Assembly: GCF_036971445.1 (NCBI RefSeq)
Contig: NC_091480.1
Span: forward strand, 87,606,001-87,670,000
Length of the DNA stretch: 64,000 nt
Source of the DNA: Narcine bancroftii
Taxonomy: Eukaryota
Reading direction: 5' to 3'
Shown here one piece after another: positions 13,862 through 26,219 of this stretch. The notes beneath the pieces are model-generated. The model made no database searches, had not been told where the DNA came from, and saw only the letters and a program-made list of their open reading frames with translations. The position numbers were made by a program, and so were the translations under genes. Within the stretch, counting starts at the first letter, position 1, and each line of letters starts with the position of its first letter.

Positions 13862-13904
<43 letters not shown>

Positions 13905-14280
13905 ACTCTCCCTCTCCCTCTCCCTCTCCCTCTCCCTCTCCCTCTCCCTGCATGATGGACATTTAAAATGGCTGTTGTTTGCAGAAAGCCATAAACATTG
14001 GGAAGGACTCCACACACCCCTCCCACAATCTGTTCTCCCTCATGCCATCCAGGAAGACCAGATTATGAGACAGTTTTTTTCCCCAAGCCTTGAGGTTTCT
14101 GAACTCCAGGGACACAGGATATTTATGTGATATTTATGACATGTTATTTATAAAAACGTTTCCGAGGTAATTTATCCAGGTAAGTAACCAGCTCTGTGGT
14201 CCGGAGAAATGCTATCTCGTTTTTCACTGTACATGCAAGGTTTATGGTATGGACGACAAATAAATACAATTTGACTTGAA
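13430..14280 (+). mobile_element. Rex1/Babar-like LINE fragment containing a nested short insert and a microsatellite
   Basis: KFLGVHL...KKAQQCLYFLRRLRK-type remnants; tail gacgacaaataaa. Confidence 0.65.
13865..13949. repeat. (CT)n and (CTCTCC)n microsatellite
   Basis: Directly visible pyrimidine dinucleotide and hexanucleotide tandem repeat. Confidence 0.95.
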
Positions 14281-14519
14281 ATGTGAGATTCCACCATGCC
14301 ACCTTGAGACAGGAAACAATGATCTATCACAATCTTCAATATGCTACAAAAGCATAGAAGAGATCAAAGTTTCTCTCAAAGTGGAGGGTCTCAACTGCAC
14401 TGTTGTCAGTGAACACAGTTCTTTATCTCAGTGCAATAGCCACTGTATGGTTCTTGCAGTTTAGCTACTCGTGTATGATGCTCTTGCTGAGCATCATAGC
14501 AGACCTCAAAACAACATTT

Positions 14520-14819
14520 TGTCGCGGCAGCTCCCCTGCTCCTGATAGAACACACGCAACCAGACGGGTTGAGCTCAGTGAGCAGACTAGTTTATTGAAG
14601 GCTGCTGGGCTGCACTTATACTCCCAGCCCAGACGAGGCTGAGAACCACACTGGAGGGCGCTGACGTCACCCGGGCATCATGTGGTCCCCCAGGGCGGGG
14701 CTTCTGAGCCCCATGCTGGGAGGAAGGGAAAACAACCCGACGGCGCCATTTTGGCTGGCTGCCCCGCCGCGTGGTTTACAAGCAGGGCCGGTTCGCCTGC
14801 CGAGTGGTGAGCTGCCACA
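14520..14819 (-). mobile_element. Solo LTR (300 bp)
   Basis: TG...CA ends with inverted termini tgtcgcggcagctc / gagctgccaca; 4-bp TSD ATTT (14516-14519, 14820-14823); minus-strand TATAAG (14620-14615) then AATAAA (14596-14591). Confidence 0.8.
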
Positions 14820-14884
14820 ATTTGCAAATTTTTTTCATATATATGGTCATGGACTTATTCTCCTCAGATATTTTTCTTTGGAAT

Positions 14885-15085
14885 TTGAGCTACAGCATGA
14901 TAACAGGCTCTTCAGGCCCACAAGGCCATGCTGCCCAATTACACCCAATTAACTTAAACCCTGTACAGTTTTGAAGGGTGGGAGGAAACACAAGAAAGTC
15001 ACGAGGACAACGGACAAACTCTTTACTTACAATGCTGGATTCAAACCCAGTTGTTGGCATTGAGCTAACTAATTCTACCAGCAAA
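14885..15085 (-). mobile_element. V-SINE (HE1-like), decayed
   Basis: Homologous to 17963-18215 in reverse. Confidence 0.7.
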
Positions 15086-16314
15086 TGCCTCTACCATCTA
15101 GAATCATTAATTTACACCCCAATAACTCATCTTCCATTGGTTCCCTGAAAGATGGTGCAAATTTAGAATTCATAATTTTATGAAACGGTTCTGATACTAG
15201 GCTATTACATTTCAACAATGACTTACATATCTGTGTTCAATTTTGGTCAAACAGGTAATTCTGACTTTAATTGACTTTGGGGTGCCCTGAACACAGTGGC
15301 AAGTTTTCTCTTTTTGAATGAACTAAAGGGTGTAGCTTTTGCTTTCCATTCACTACCCAATTCACTGCCAATAAGCAAAGTGAGGCCACTCTCTGTTTCC
15401 TACAGCATATCTGGAAATCATTTCCTTGATTTCTTCCACTATTTCTTCATTATGATAAAAGAATTTGTACTTGCATTGTCTTTCTTAATGTTTTCAAATT
15501 GCCCCAAGTGCTTTACAATCAATAAAGTACATTTAAAACTGGTTATTGGGTTGATGGCAGTCTCATAACCTTCTCCAATCAGTTGTAGGAAGCTAGATAA
15601 TGTGCTTTAAATGATATTGAGTGAGAACACTGGGGATAAATCCCTTACTCTTGTTCTATACAATGGCATGAGATTGATTTGAGAGAATGGGTGGAATCTT
15701 GATTTAATGTATCATCCAAAAGATTATATCTATACCTGGAGTTTGTTCTCGTGTAACGGCTTGAGACTTAAATATATGTATTTTTAATTCAGAGTTGAGC
15801 ATGCTCCCAACTGACGAACTGGCAAAATCAATTTATTTTGGGAACGTGGACATGAATGGTTACTTGTCCTGACCACATGAAGGTCACATGGGAAAATTGG
15901 GGTTTTGCCCAAAACTAGAATACTGAGAGGTACCAAAGAAGATAAGGATCTAGCATTGACTTCTCTCACCCCCTATTCATTGCATTCTAGACTCGACCCA
16001 CCCCATACATCTGAGTGTGGACTCATCCTACCTTTACCACATTAATGCAGTAGCCCAGTATCTCGGTTATCTTTTGCTCCTGAGAGATCAGAGAATGAAG
16101 GCTGGTATCCTCACGTGGCTCTCTTCCAACAGTCAAGTATCTGTTATCCTACAAATACATAATTGAAGCAAAAAATATCTTCAGCTATTTGAAACTATGG
16201 AACAATGAAAGAAACTACTGGTCTTTAATGCTCCAAATTATTGATCTATGTCAAGTGTCCATATCTGCCTCCTGACAGCATGAGTATGGAGAAGCTGAAG
16301 TGCGTTCTATCATA

Positions 16315-16820
16315 ATAAAAACACATTGCTGGAGAAACTCAACAGGTCAAACTCTATAATTTATATAACAAAGTTAGAGAATATAAACAACATTTTGGGT
16401 TTGAAGCCTTCATCAAGGTGTGAGCAAAATGTAAGCAGATGCCCGAACAAAATGGTAGAGGGAGGGATGGGCATGGGGAGGAGCACAGTCCCACAGGCAG
16501 GAGGTAATAGGTGGATAATGGAGGACGTGCACGCTAGCAAAGGGGGAAGGCTCTGAATGGAGAGGGAAGAGGGTGGAGAGCTGGAGGAAAGACAGGGCTG
16601 GGGAAGTGAGGGAGAACAGGGAGTGGACTAGCAGAAACTGAATAAATAAATGTTAATGCCATCCAGTTGGAGAGTGCCCAGTTGGAATATTAGATGTTGC
16701 TCCTCCAATGTACAGGTGGCCTTGGTTTGACAGTACATGAAGCCATGGACAGACGTGTCAGTGTGGGAGTGGGGCGCAGAATTGAAATGGCTGGCCACTG
16801 GGAGATCCTGGTCATTGATG
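16315..16820 (-). mobile_element. Penelope-like element 3' fragment
   Basis: Terminal repeat gctggagaaactcaacaggtcaaac and GIY-YIG C-terminal remnant homologous to 3500-3650. Confidence 0.75.
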
Positions 16821-17962
16821 CCTTGGTTTTTTTTTTACTCCTGCTTTCTATCCTCTTCTACAGCACTGAGTTTATCTCTCTTAAGATGACTGTTTCAGTT
16901 TCTTATCAAAATATATTGCTTGACACATTTTAACAATACATCCCATCTGCCACTCTTTATCTCACTCTCCGAGCATTCCAGCACATATCATATCCAAATA
17001 AATCTTGATAATCTAGTGCATCATTTCCCTTAGGCTCTTGGAACACAACCAGTTGGGTTCTGACCTCTAGATCAGAGGTCTGGAGAAATTCTTTTCAGCC
17101 AGAGGGGTGGTGAGTTTGTGGAATTTGTCGCCATAGGCAGTTGTGGAGGCCAGGTCATTTGGGTGTTCTTAAGGCAGAAATTTGATAGGTTCTTGATTAG
17201 CCAGAGCATCAAACGTTATAGGGAGAAGAATGAGCAATGAGGCTGAGTGGGGAAATTATTAAATGGTGGGACAGACCCGATTTCTGCTCCTATGTCTTAA
17301 CCAAACTAATTTACCTGATTTTTAATGTATTCATCACCTTTTTGCCAACTTTATTATTTATAGGATCTTTTTTGCATTTCTTTACTTATAATTTGCTTCT
17401 AGGTTCATAACCAAGGCGCTTTATATTTATAATGGAATAGTCTGAGTTTGTTTTTGTTGAAAGGTTCCTGTGTGTGTTAAGTGGCAATTTTTTATAAAAG
17501 AAAATAATTCTGGTAAGAAATTTAGACAGGAAAAATAGAGTTTAAAGAGAAGAAGATTCAGAGTTCTCATGATAAGGTGCCAAGATGCATCGAGAAAGGA
17601 CGGGACAGAAAAAAAAACCCTTTATCCCATCGAGTATATGTGGTGACATTTTACATGAACCCTCCTCTTTTAACTCATTTTATTCTCACATTTACATCAT
17701 TAAACTCCTCCTCCCCTACATTCTCCTATTCATCTACACACAAGGAACAATTTACAGTGATTGGGTTAACATTCAAATTGTTTTTAGGACATAGAAACAC
17801 TCACTCTCATATGGAGAAGATGCAAACTCCATACAGAGTGCCAAAGTCAGATCTGAACCCACAGAGCTATGAGGCATCAGCTCTTCTGTGCCCCACGTAA
17901 TGATGTACTGTCAGTTTTTCAACAGCTGGATGTACAATTAGATATTTGCCTTTATTTCTACT

Positions 17963-18215
17963 TGGGGTGGCACGGTTAGTGAGGCAGTTAGCGCAATACT
18001 GTTGTAACACCAGTGATGGGGACTGGGGTTTGAATCCCGCGCTGTCCGTAAGGAGTTTGTATGTTCTCCCCACGTCTGCGTGGGTTTTCTCTGAGGACTC
18101 CGGTTTTCTCCCACCATACAAAACGTGCTGGGGTTGTAGGTTAGTTGGATGTAATTTGGTGGCCCAGGCTCATGGGCCAAAAGGGTCTGTTATTGTGCTG
18201 TATGTTCAAGTATAT
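17963..18215 (+). mobile_element. tRNA-derived V-SINE (HE1-like), near full length
   Basis: tRNA-like head (ggggtggcacggttagtg...ggtttgaatccc; A/B boxes), V-domain gagtttgtatgttctccccacgtctgcgtgggttttctc, CR1-type tail tgtgctgtatg. Confidence 0.85.
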
Positions 18216-18896
18216 TAAAAAATTCTACTTCAATTTGCATCAGGCACATGAAATGCTAGCAGAAGAGGCAACAGACCAAGTGCTGGTAAAAAGGGATAAG
18301 TATAGATTAGTACTTGATGGTTGGCAACTTAAAGTTTATTGTCACAAGTACTGTGTATGCAATAATAGTTTGTGAGAATTCCAGCTAGACATTTTGTGCC
18401 CAGTACTGCATACATGGTACACGTTCCAGTACAAGTGTGCAGAGTTACCAAGAGAGATCAGTTAGTATGGAGTAAAGGCAACTATTGTGAGGTTCATTAA
18501 GGGGTCTGATAACGGCAGGAAATAAAACTGACCTTGAATCTGGTGGTGCATAATCTCACACTAATTAATCTTCTCGACACGAAGGGGTGGGGATGAAGAG
18601 AGTATGGCTGAGATGGATGGGTTCCTTATTATGTTGACTGCTTTTCCAAGGGAGTGAGACTTGTACATGGAATTGATGGGGTGGGGGGGGTGATGTTGTG
18701 TGATACCCTGGACTCTATTTATACAGTCGTTTTAAGGCCCCAAAGACACTGCCTTTTTGCACACTATTATTGTTTTTTTTTAATATAGTAACATCGTAAG
18801 ATGGTTATAATATGAATGTTTGCTCTATGATGCTGCAGCAAACACCACATTTCATGAATTTCAGATTCTGATCCTGATCTGTGGAGCAAGAAACAA

Positions 18897-19385
18897 GTGA
18901 AACGCTAAAGTCTGCAGACACCATGGTTGAAGTCAATGCACAATGTTGGAGAAACTCAGCAGGTCAAACAGTGTCCTTCATATTGGAATGATAAAGATAC
19001 ATATCCAGTTTCAGGCTTGAGCTCTTCATCAAGATATAAACAAAAATATAATCCTAGCTCAACAAAGGGCTCAGGCCTGAAACATTGGTTATGTATCTTT
19101 ATCCTTTCTATATAAAAAAAAAACAATTTATTTTTGATTTAGAAATCATGGATCCAAAACGTTTCTTCCTCTAGCTGCCTTGCTTGTCGTCTATCTCAAC
19201 ATTTTCTGTGGCTATTTCCTCCACATTCTCATTTTACATCCACTTATTTGGGCATACCTTGATGAAGAGCTCAAGTCGAAAAGTTGGTTATATATCTTAT
19301 ATCGTTGCACTGTTGGTCCTGCTGAGTTTCTCCAGCATTGTGGTTTGGCTGCAATCTTGGTGTCTGCAGACTTTCGTGTTTTACT
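18897..19385. mobile_element. Inverted Penelope terminal-repeat cluster
   Basis: 18897-19033 is inverted relative to both 19058-19103 and 19255-19385. Confidence 0.7.
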
Positions 19386-19509
19386 CCTTATGTCCCCGTT
19401 GTCTTCAGGCTTCACTGGAAAGAAGTTACCCGCGATGTGTTTTTTCTCCACAAAAGGATTTCATTCATCAGAGAAATGATATTAAGAGCAACTTTAGCAT
19501 GGAGATGTT

Positions 19510-20110
19510 ACCCCCCCTTCCCCCCTCTCTCCTTGCCCCTCCCCCTCTCTCCTTGCCCCTCCCCTCTCTCCTTGCCCCTCCCCCTCTCTCCTTGCCCCTC
19601 CCCCTCTCTCCTTGCCCCTCCCCTCTCTCCTTGCCCCTCCCCTCTCTCCTTGCCCCTCCCCTCTCTCCTTGCCCCTCCCCTCTCTCCTTCCCCCCTCTCC
19701 CCTTCCCCCTCTCTCCCCTTCCCCCTCCCTCCTCTCTCCCCTTCCCCCTCCCTCTCCATCNNNNNNNNNNNNNNNNNNNNNNNNNNNNNNNNNNNNNNNN
19801 NNNNNNNNNNNNNNNNNNNNNNNNNNNNNNNNNNNNNNNNNNNNNNNNNNNNNNNNNNNNNNNNNNNNNNNNNNNNNNNNNNNNNNNNNNNNNNNNNNNN
19901 NNNNNNNNNNNNNNNNNNNNNNNNNNNNNNNNNNNNNNNNNNNNNNNTCCCCCTCTCCTTTCCCCTCTCTCCCTCCCCCTCTCCTTTCCCCTCTCTCCCT
20001 CCCCCTCTCTCCCTTCCCCTCTCTCCTTTCCCCCCTCTCCTTTCCCCCTCTCCTTTCCCCCCCTCTCCTTTCCCCCTCTCTCTCTTCCCCCTCTCCCCTT
20101 TCCCCTTGCC
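19510..20110. repeat. Polypyrimidine minisatellite (about 20-bp unit cttgcccctccccctctctc) spanning an assembly gap
   Basis: Almost pure C/T strand; N run at 19761-19947. Confidence 0.9.
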
Positions 20111-20259
20111 TCAGTTCACAGAGGCAAAATCCATTCTCATCTCCTCTTATCCTATCCAATTAGCACTTTTTGTTGGTCTGCACTTCTCAGTCTTTATTCT
20201 GACACCTACCTGCTCTTTGCTTATTCGTCGCAGAAGGAAATGTCGGGAATCCAGAGTCT

Positions 20260-20640
20260 CTTGACCCCCCCCCCCTCCCCCTCCCCCTCCCCTGGACGCT
20301 GCGAGACCAGGCGGAGGTCCTCCCGCTTCTCTCTGTGCGCGTCTCCCGACCAACTCGGCTTGCGGGCTCCACAAGCGGCTGAGGATTTCGACCTGCCGTG
20401 ATCGCCGTCCGCAAGGCGAGGTTTGTCCCCATCGCTTTGCTGTCGGACGCGGACCGCCCCTCCCGCCCCCCACTAGCCGCCCCAAGGGCTGGAGTCATTC
20501 GGGACGTGCTGGGGTCCTGCGATCGCCGGGACAGGGGCGATGGAGTGGCTGTACGCCCACGGGATCCGAGTGGCCGAGCATCTGCAGCAGACTCTGGGCG
20601 GCTTGGAGAGAAGCTTGCTCTTTATGAGTTGGATCGGTGA
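20260..20640 (+). promoter_or_regulatory. g6pc3 CpG-island promoter / 5' UTR
   Basis: CpG-dense, GC-box-like ccgcccc motifs (about 20454-20470), strong Kozak context gcgATGG at 20540. Confidence 0.7.
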
Positions 20641-20757
20641 CCCCAGAGCCTCCTTTTTTATTTATTTCCCTGTAACATACTTCTTCAACAGGAGGATCGG
20701 CATTTCGGTCTTGTGGGTCACCGTGCTGACGGAATGGTTAAACTTAGTCTTTAAATG
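20540..20757 (+). CDS. g6pc3: Glucose-6-phosphatase 3 exon 1 (of 6; joined CDS 1044 nt, 347 aa)
   Basis: MEWLYAHGIRVAEHLQ...GDPR...ISVLWVTVLTEWLNLVFKW resembles human G6PC3 ...GDPK...IAVLWISLITEWLNLIFKW; donor TG|GTAAGT. Confidence 0.96.
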
Positions 20758-21214
20758 GTAAGTTGCTCTCTTTCTCATGCACCCAGGTCCATCCCCGAGC
20801 ATTGCATCATTCGCCTGCCTTTCGGTGCCGAACCCTCTTATTCAGGGAGACCCATGTTTTTAGATATAAAGTGGCAATTTGCTGCAATTCCGAAAATGCG
20901 TAAAATTCCGTAAGTGGGTCAAGTCCTGTCATCGCTGGCTGCTTGGGAACACTTCGTCCTTCACAGTTTTATTGCTTTTACAGAAAAGGCTGCCACATTT
21001 GCCTCCATAGATAACTTTATTTCATTTGTTTTAAAAAAACACACAATGCTAATCGAAAGTCTGCAGACACCGTGGTTGAAATAAGCTCGTAATGCCGGAT
21101 TTCGGATCATTTTGTACAGCAAAGATAACGAACTCGTTTCAGGCTTTAACTTTGCTCATATTTAGTTCCTCCAGCATCTAATCGATCAGTGGAGCAGAAG
21201 CCTTGTGCCAGATT

Positions 21215-21810
21215 CCCTAAATCTGGTCATGAAAGGCAAAGAGGATGCTCGCATTCATTAAGAGAGGGATAAAATACAAAAGCAGAGCTGTAATCTTCAA
21301 GTTTTGCGAGCCATTGTTCAGACCGCATTTGGAGTAAGGAAGGACGTGCTGATATGAGAGAAAGTCCAGAGCATTTGGAGTAAGGAAGGATGTGGTGATA
21401 TGAGAGAAAGTCCAGAGCATTTGGAGTAAGGAAGGATGTGGTGATATGAGAGAAAGTCCAGAGCATTTGGAGTAAGGAAGGATGTGGTGATATGAGAGAA
21501 AGTCCAGAGGAGGCTCACGAGACTCCCTGAACTGAAAGGGTTATCATATGAAGAGCACTTGATGGGCCTGGGATTGTACTCACTGGAGTTTCGAAGAATG
21601 AGGGGGGTTTCATTGAAATCTCGCAAACAGTGAAAAGGCTAGGTAGAGTGGAGGGGGGGGGGTAGAGTGGAGGTGATGGTATCTGGAACCAGAGGGCAGA
21701 GTCTCCGAATATAAATTCATCCCTTTGGAGCAGAGATGAGGAGGAATTTCTTTACCCAGGGGGTGGTGAAAATATGGAATTCATTGCCACGGACAGAAGA
21801 GGAGGTCAAT
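21215..21810 (+). mobile_element. CR1 LINE 3' fragment carrying an internal tandem array
   Basis: KAKRMLAFIKRGI...RPHLE...LGLYSLEFRRMRG remnants. Confidence 0.75.
21325..21508. repeat. 46-bp tandem repeat x4
   Basis: Unit gcatttggagtaaggaaggatgtggtgatatgagagaaagtccaga starts at 21325, 21371, 21417 and 21463. Confidence 0.95.
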
Positions 21811-21869
21811 CCTTTTTAAATTTTAATTTAAAAAAAAGTTATTTTTTACAATTTTTAATCTTGTAAAAT

Positions 21870-22065
21870 TTAAATTTAGACATACAGCACAGTAACGGGT
21901 CATTTTGGCCCACATTTCCATGACGATCAATTTACACCCAATTAACCTACACCCCCGGTATGTTTTGAATGGTGGGAAGAAACAGGGAGACACAAAGAGA
22001 ACGTACAAATTCCTTACAGCTGGTGCTGTAAAGGTGTGCTAACTGCTACCCAACCGTGCTGCCGT
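21870..22065 (-). mobile_element. V-SINE (HE1-like)
   Basis: Tail aaatttagacatacagcacag plus V-domain remnant. Confidence 0.7.
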
Positions 22066-22271
22066 TGAATCTATCCAAAGATTGAGAATTCACAACTCTC
22101 TGAGGTGGTAAATTACAAAAAAAAAAATTCAGTGGCCTCGGGAAGGAATATTTTTATCTGGACCCTGAAATTAGTCAAAATAACTTGTCCTCTAAAGTGA
22201 AGTTAGAGCTTTGGGTCCATCAGAAATCAATTCCACAGATGAAAACTGAATGTTTCTTATTTGTCTAATAG

Positions 22272-22381
22272 GTTGCTGTTTGGTGAGCGCCCATTTTGGT
22301 GGATTCATGAATCCGGAGTGTACAGTGAGCACCAGATGCCGAAGTTAAAGCAATATTTCTGCTCCTGTGAAACTGGTCCAG
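22272..22381 (+). CDS. g6pc3: G6PC3 exon 2
   Basis: aatAG|[16 protein letters not shown]...SCETGP(G)|GTTTGT; completes the PAP2 motif KxxxxxxRP. Confidence 0.96.
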
Positions 22382-23993
22382 GTTTGTTTCAAAGGGGTGT
22401 AATAAGAATATACTGTTTAGGCTCAAACCTCTTCCTTGACTCTTATACTGGCTTGCTCACCTCTCCTCCTTTAGTTCAGAAGGCAACTGTAGATTTCCCA
22501 CCATTGATGCTGCCTGGCCTGCTGAGTTCTACCAGCAGTTAATGTTTTGCTGCAAATTTCAGCACATGAAGGTCTCTTGTGACCACACTGGTCAGTTGTT
22601 AATTTTCTCTCAATTCAGACTCAAATTAACATTGTGAATCTATTTCATGGGAATTGTGTTTCAAATTTATTTAATAATTTTTTTTATGTTTAAGTATCAT
22701 TTTCCATCCTAGTGGGAATTGTAAAAGACACATTGACCAGAACCTTATCTCCATAAGAAAATTCATCAGTAGAAGAACACAATTTGTTGAGTCTTAAAAG
22801 CACAGAAATGCTGGAGGAACTCGGCAGATCTCGCAGCGTCCATAAGAGGTGAAAATATATCAATAGAATTGAAAATTCGCCAGTGGTCATTATCCAATTG
22901 CATGATATTCCTCGTAATTTCTGTCCCTCAGTTAGAATATTCAAAATGATTACCTACATAATTTGCACTTTATCAAACTGAAATGTGCTGTGACTTGCAG
23001 AAGAATATTGAATAATGGCATACTCAGGAGAGCTAGATTATAGAGGTTTGTGTCAACCCATTGCAAGGTTATCTTTATAGCGATCACCTCATTGCTTTTT
23101 TTTAAATTAACATTTTCACATAATGGAGTTGAGATCCGATTCCACACATCTAGTCCAGGATTTACCCAGTTTGGTTGCAAGAACTGAATTTATTTTTTCA
23201 TATTGATCAATTCTAGACCCCATCTGGTAGGTAATGGAAGCAGCTCCTTGAGTGCTTTGTCCTTCAATTACCTTCAGACTTGTCCATCCTTAAATTCTTT
23301 ATCTCCATCATCTGTGGAGTAAATGTATTTTATCTGCTGTGCTTGTCCTTTCAATTTGTATCTTGTCTGGTCTGTTCTCAGAATTCCATTGTCCATTCTA
23401 TTTTTTTTTTCTTTATCTCATAGCAGCTCTTGCTATATGTGTCCTTCTCTTTTAGCTACTCTGCTGTGTTTCAACCCTTTTGCTCTCCTTGACTTTGATC
23501 TCCTTTCACTAACCTCAGTTTTCCCCTCTCGGAGTGGCTTGCACCTTCCCTCCATACCTCTGATTAACATTTTTTGTCACAGTTTTGTCACGTCTTTCCT
23601 TTTATCCAAACAGCAATAGAAGCTGCCGCTCTTCCCAAATATCCTATCCAGTAAACCCAGTACTTCCCATTACTGATATGGACTCTGTCAAAAAAAAATC
23701 AATTATCGCTACTCTTTTGTTCTTCATTATGAATGTGACCTTCCTTGTGAACAATTCTTGTCATTGCAGCATTAACTGTAGATGATTGAATTGGTGGAAA
23801 TCAGGCAGGGGGTCGATGACGGGTTTTCCACTGAGACTTCCTTCCCTAACTTGGTTTCCATGGCTTCTCTTATTCATACTGCTGCAGTGACAATGCGGCT
23901 ATTCATCAAATAATACTTTCCCTGACTCTTCTGGCATGTTTTTGATTATCTAATCTTGTTCTTCCCTCTCAACTTTTATTTATTATTCCTATA

Positions 23994-24731
23994 CTCTCTC
24001 TTCTTCTCTCTCTCTTTGGCTTGGCTTCGCGGACGAAGATTTATGGAGGGGTAAATGTCCACGTCAGCTGCAAGCTCGTTTGTGGCTGACAAGTCCGATG
24101 CGGGACAGGCAGACACGGTTGCAGGGGAAAATTGGTTGGTTGGGGTTGGGTGTTGGGTTTTTCCTCTTTTGTCAGTGAGGTGGGTTCTGCGGTCTTCTTC
24201 AAAGGAGGTTGCTACCCGCCGAACTGTGAGGCGCCAAGATGCACGGTTTGAGGCAATATCAGCCCACTGGCGGTCAATGTGGCAGGCACCAAGAGATTTC
24301 TTTAGGCAGTCCTTGTACCTCTTCTTTGGTGCACCTCTGTCACGGTGGCCAGTGGAGAGCTCGCCATATAACACGATCTTGGGAAGGCGATGGTCCTCCA
24401 TTCTGGAGACGTGACCTACCCAGCGCAGTTGGATCTTCAGCAGCATGGATTCGATGCTGTCGGCCTCTGCCATCTCGAGTACTTTGATGTTAGGGATGAA
24501 GTCGCTCCAATGAATGTTGAGGATGGAGCGGAGACAACGCTGGTGGAAGCGTTCTAGGAGCCGTAGGTGATGCCGGTAGAGGACCCATGATTCAGAGCCG
24601 AACAGAAGTGTGGGTATGACAACGGCTCTGTATATGCTAATCTATGTGAGGTTTTTCAGTTGGTTGTTTTTCCATACTCTTTTGTGTAGTCTTCCAAAGG
24701 CGCTATTTGCCTTGGCGAGTCTGTTGTCTAT
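23994..24731 (-). mobile_element. RTE-clade LINE, longest copy in window (g6pc3 intron 2, antisense)
   Basis: IDNRLAKANSAFGRL...LERFHQRCLRSILNIHW...LRWVGHVSRMEDHRLPK; same 3' tail as the other copies. Confidence 0.92.
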
Positions 24732-25081
24732 AATCATGCTGTGTTTCTCACAAAGTATCGACACTGTTTTTCTCTCCGTTTCTGTACAATTTCACTTTAT
24801 TCTTAATGATTTAAACCATTATCTCCGTGCTCCCTTGAGTTTCCTATCTTCCTACTCTTCCTACAATTAATCCCCCCCCTTGTATTATATTTTAAAAATC
24901 CCATCTGTATTTACTCTCTGTGTTCACATGCTTGACTATTATGTGCCAATTAAAGAAATAGTCTCCAATCTCCATCTGCACCCACTTTTGCCTTCAATAC
25001 CTCACTTCTTTCTGGGTTCTCATCCCAGGAAATAAATTGGATTTGCCACTTATAACAATGTTTCAACTTTTCAATCGTCTA

Positions 25082-25300
25082 GGGCGGCACAATGAACTTA
25101 GTGGTTAGTGCCAGCGACCGGGGCTGGAATCTGGCACTGACCGTAAGGAGTTTGTAGGTTCTCCCTAGGTCTACGTGGGTTTCCTCTGGATGCTTCGGTT
25201 TCCTTCCACCTTTCAAAATATACGGGAGTTGTAGGTGATTGGGCAGAGTGTGCTTGTGGGCCAGACGGTCCAGTTACTGTGCTGTATGTCTAAATTTAAA
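25082..25300 (+). mobile_element. V-SINE (HE1-like)
   Basis: Head gggcggcac, V-domain, tail tgtgctgtatgtctaaatttaaa. Confidence 0.8.
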
Positions 25301-26128
25301 ATATAAATTTAGCCTTGTTATCTATAATTCTTCACAACAGATCTGTTTGTTTTTTTTTGTCCTCTCATGAGATGTTAAGATATCTAGATCCAGACATTTA
25401 TCCTCAAGCCGATTTCACACTTTAAAACCTGGAAATCCTTCTCTAAACTCTGTTTTTCCTCCTTGAGGTCATTTTTTAAAAACCAACTTATTATGCAAGC
25501 CTTTGGTTATCTGCCTGTGTATCTCCTTTACCTGGCACTTGTGAACATTTTGGGAAATTTTATTTGAATGTTTCACTGCAGTGAAGTCCCTATGAAATTA
25601 CAAGTTATTAATCATTGAACAATGTCTGTCTCGTTGGAGCTGTATGAATGGTTTATCTTGACAATTGGTTCTCACTTTGACTAAAAAGTTCTGTTCAAAT
25701 CCTCAATGAAAAAAAAATGCTAACTCAAGGACTTAATCAGCTATTGCACAGGACTTAATGCAAGGACCTGCAGTTGATTACTGTGGTGTGGTATAGGTAT
25801 AACTAGTTATTTTGGTTAAGACAAAAATTATAGAAGTGTACTCAGAATTCTTAATTAGATGTCTCCACAGAAGATTTGAACTAACAAGTGACACACAGCT
25901 TTTATTATAATTCCTCCTGGAATTAATTCATTAAATTCCTTTTTGCTTTTAATTAAATGTGTTCTTGAGTTATTCTCAGGACACATGTTCAAACCTAAAT
26001 TAGGTTATGATTGACACTATATTCTCACAAATCAAATTCAGCCTTCAGAATGAGTGTTACATCAAATTTTGTGGCTTAACATGGGAGCTCACATGTAAGT
26101 TCTCCTGCAATATTTGTTTATGCTTCAG

Positions 26129-26219
26129 GCAGTCCTTCAGGTCATGCGATGATCACAGGCGCAGCTTGGTGGCTCATGATGACCAGTCTGTCGACATTCG
26201 TGTACAATCGCACCAGAAG
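26129..26219 (+). CDS. g6pc3: G6PC3 exon 3
   Basis: ttcAG|GC-SPSGHAMITGAAWWLMMTSLSTFVYNRTR-AG|GTTTGT; PSGH catalytic motif. Confidence 0.96.

Noticed and set aside
17963-18045. tRNA gene
   Set aside because: This is the tRNA-derived head of a multicopy V-SINE; no intact cloverleaf.
19184-20401. 405-aa and overlapping Pro/Leu/Ser- or Gly/Glu/Arg-rich ORFs
   Set aside because: They span the N gap and a stop-free pyrimidine minisatellite; there is no coding signal.
21325-21508. CRISPR-like regular repeat
   Set aside because: Head-to-tail units with no spacers, derived from CR1, in a vertebrate intron.
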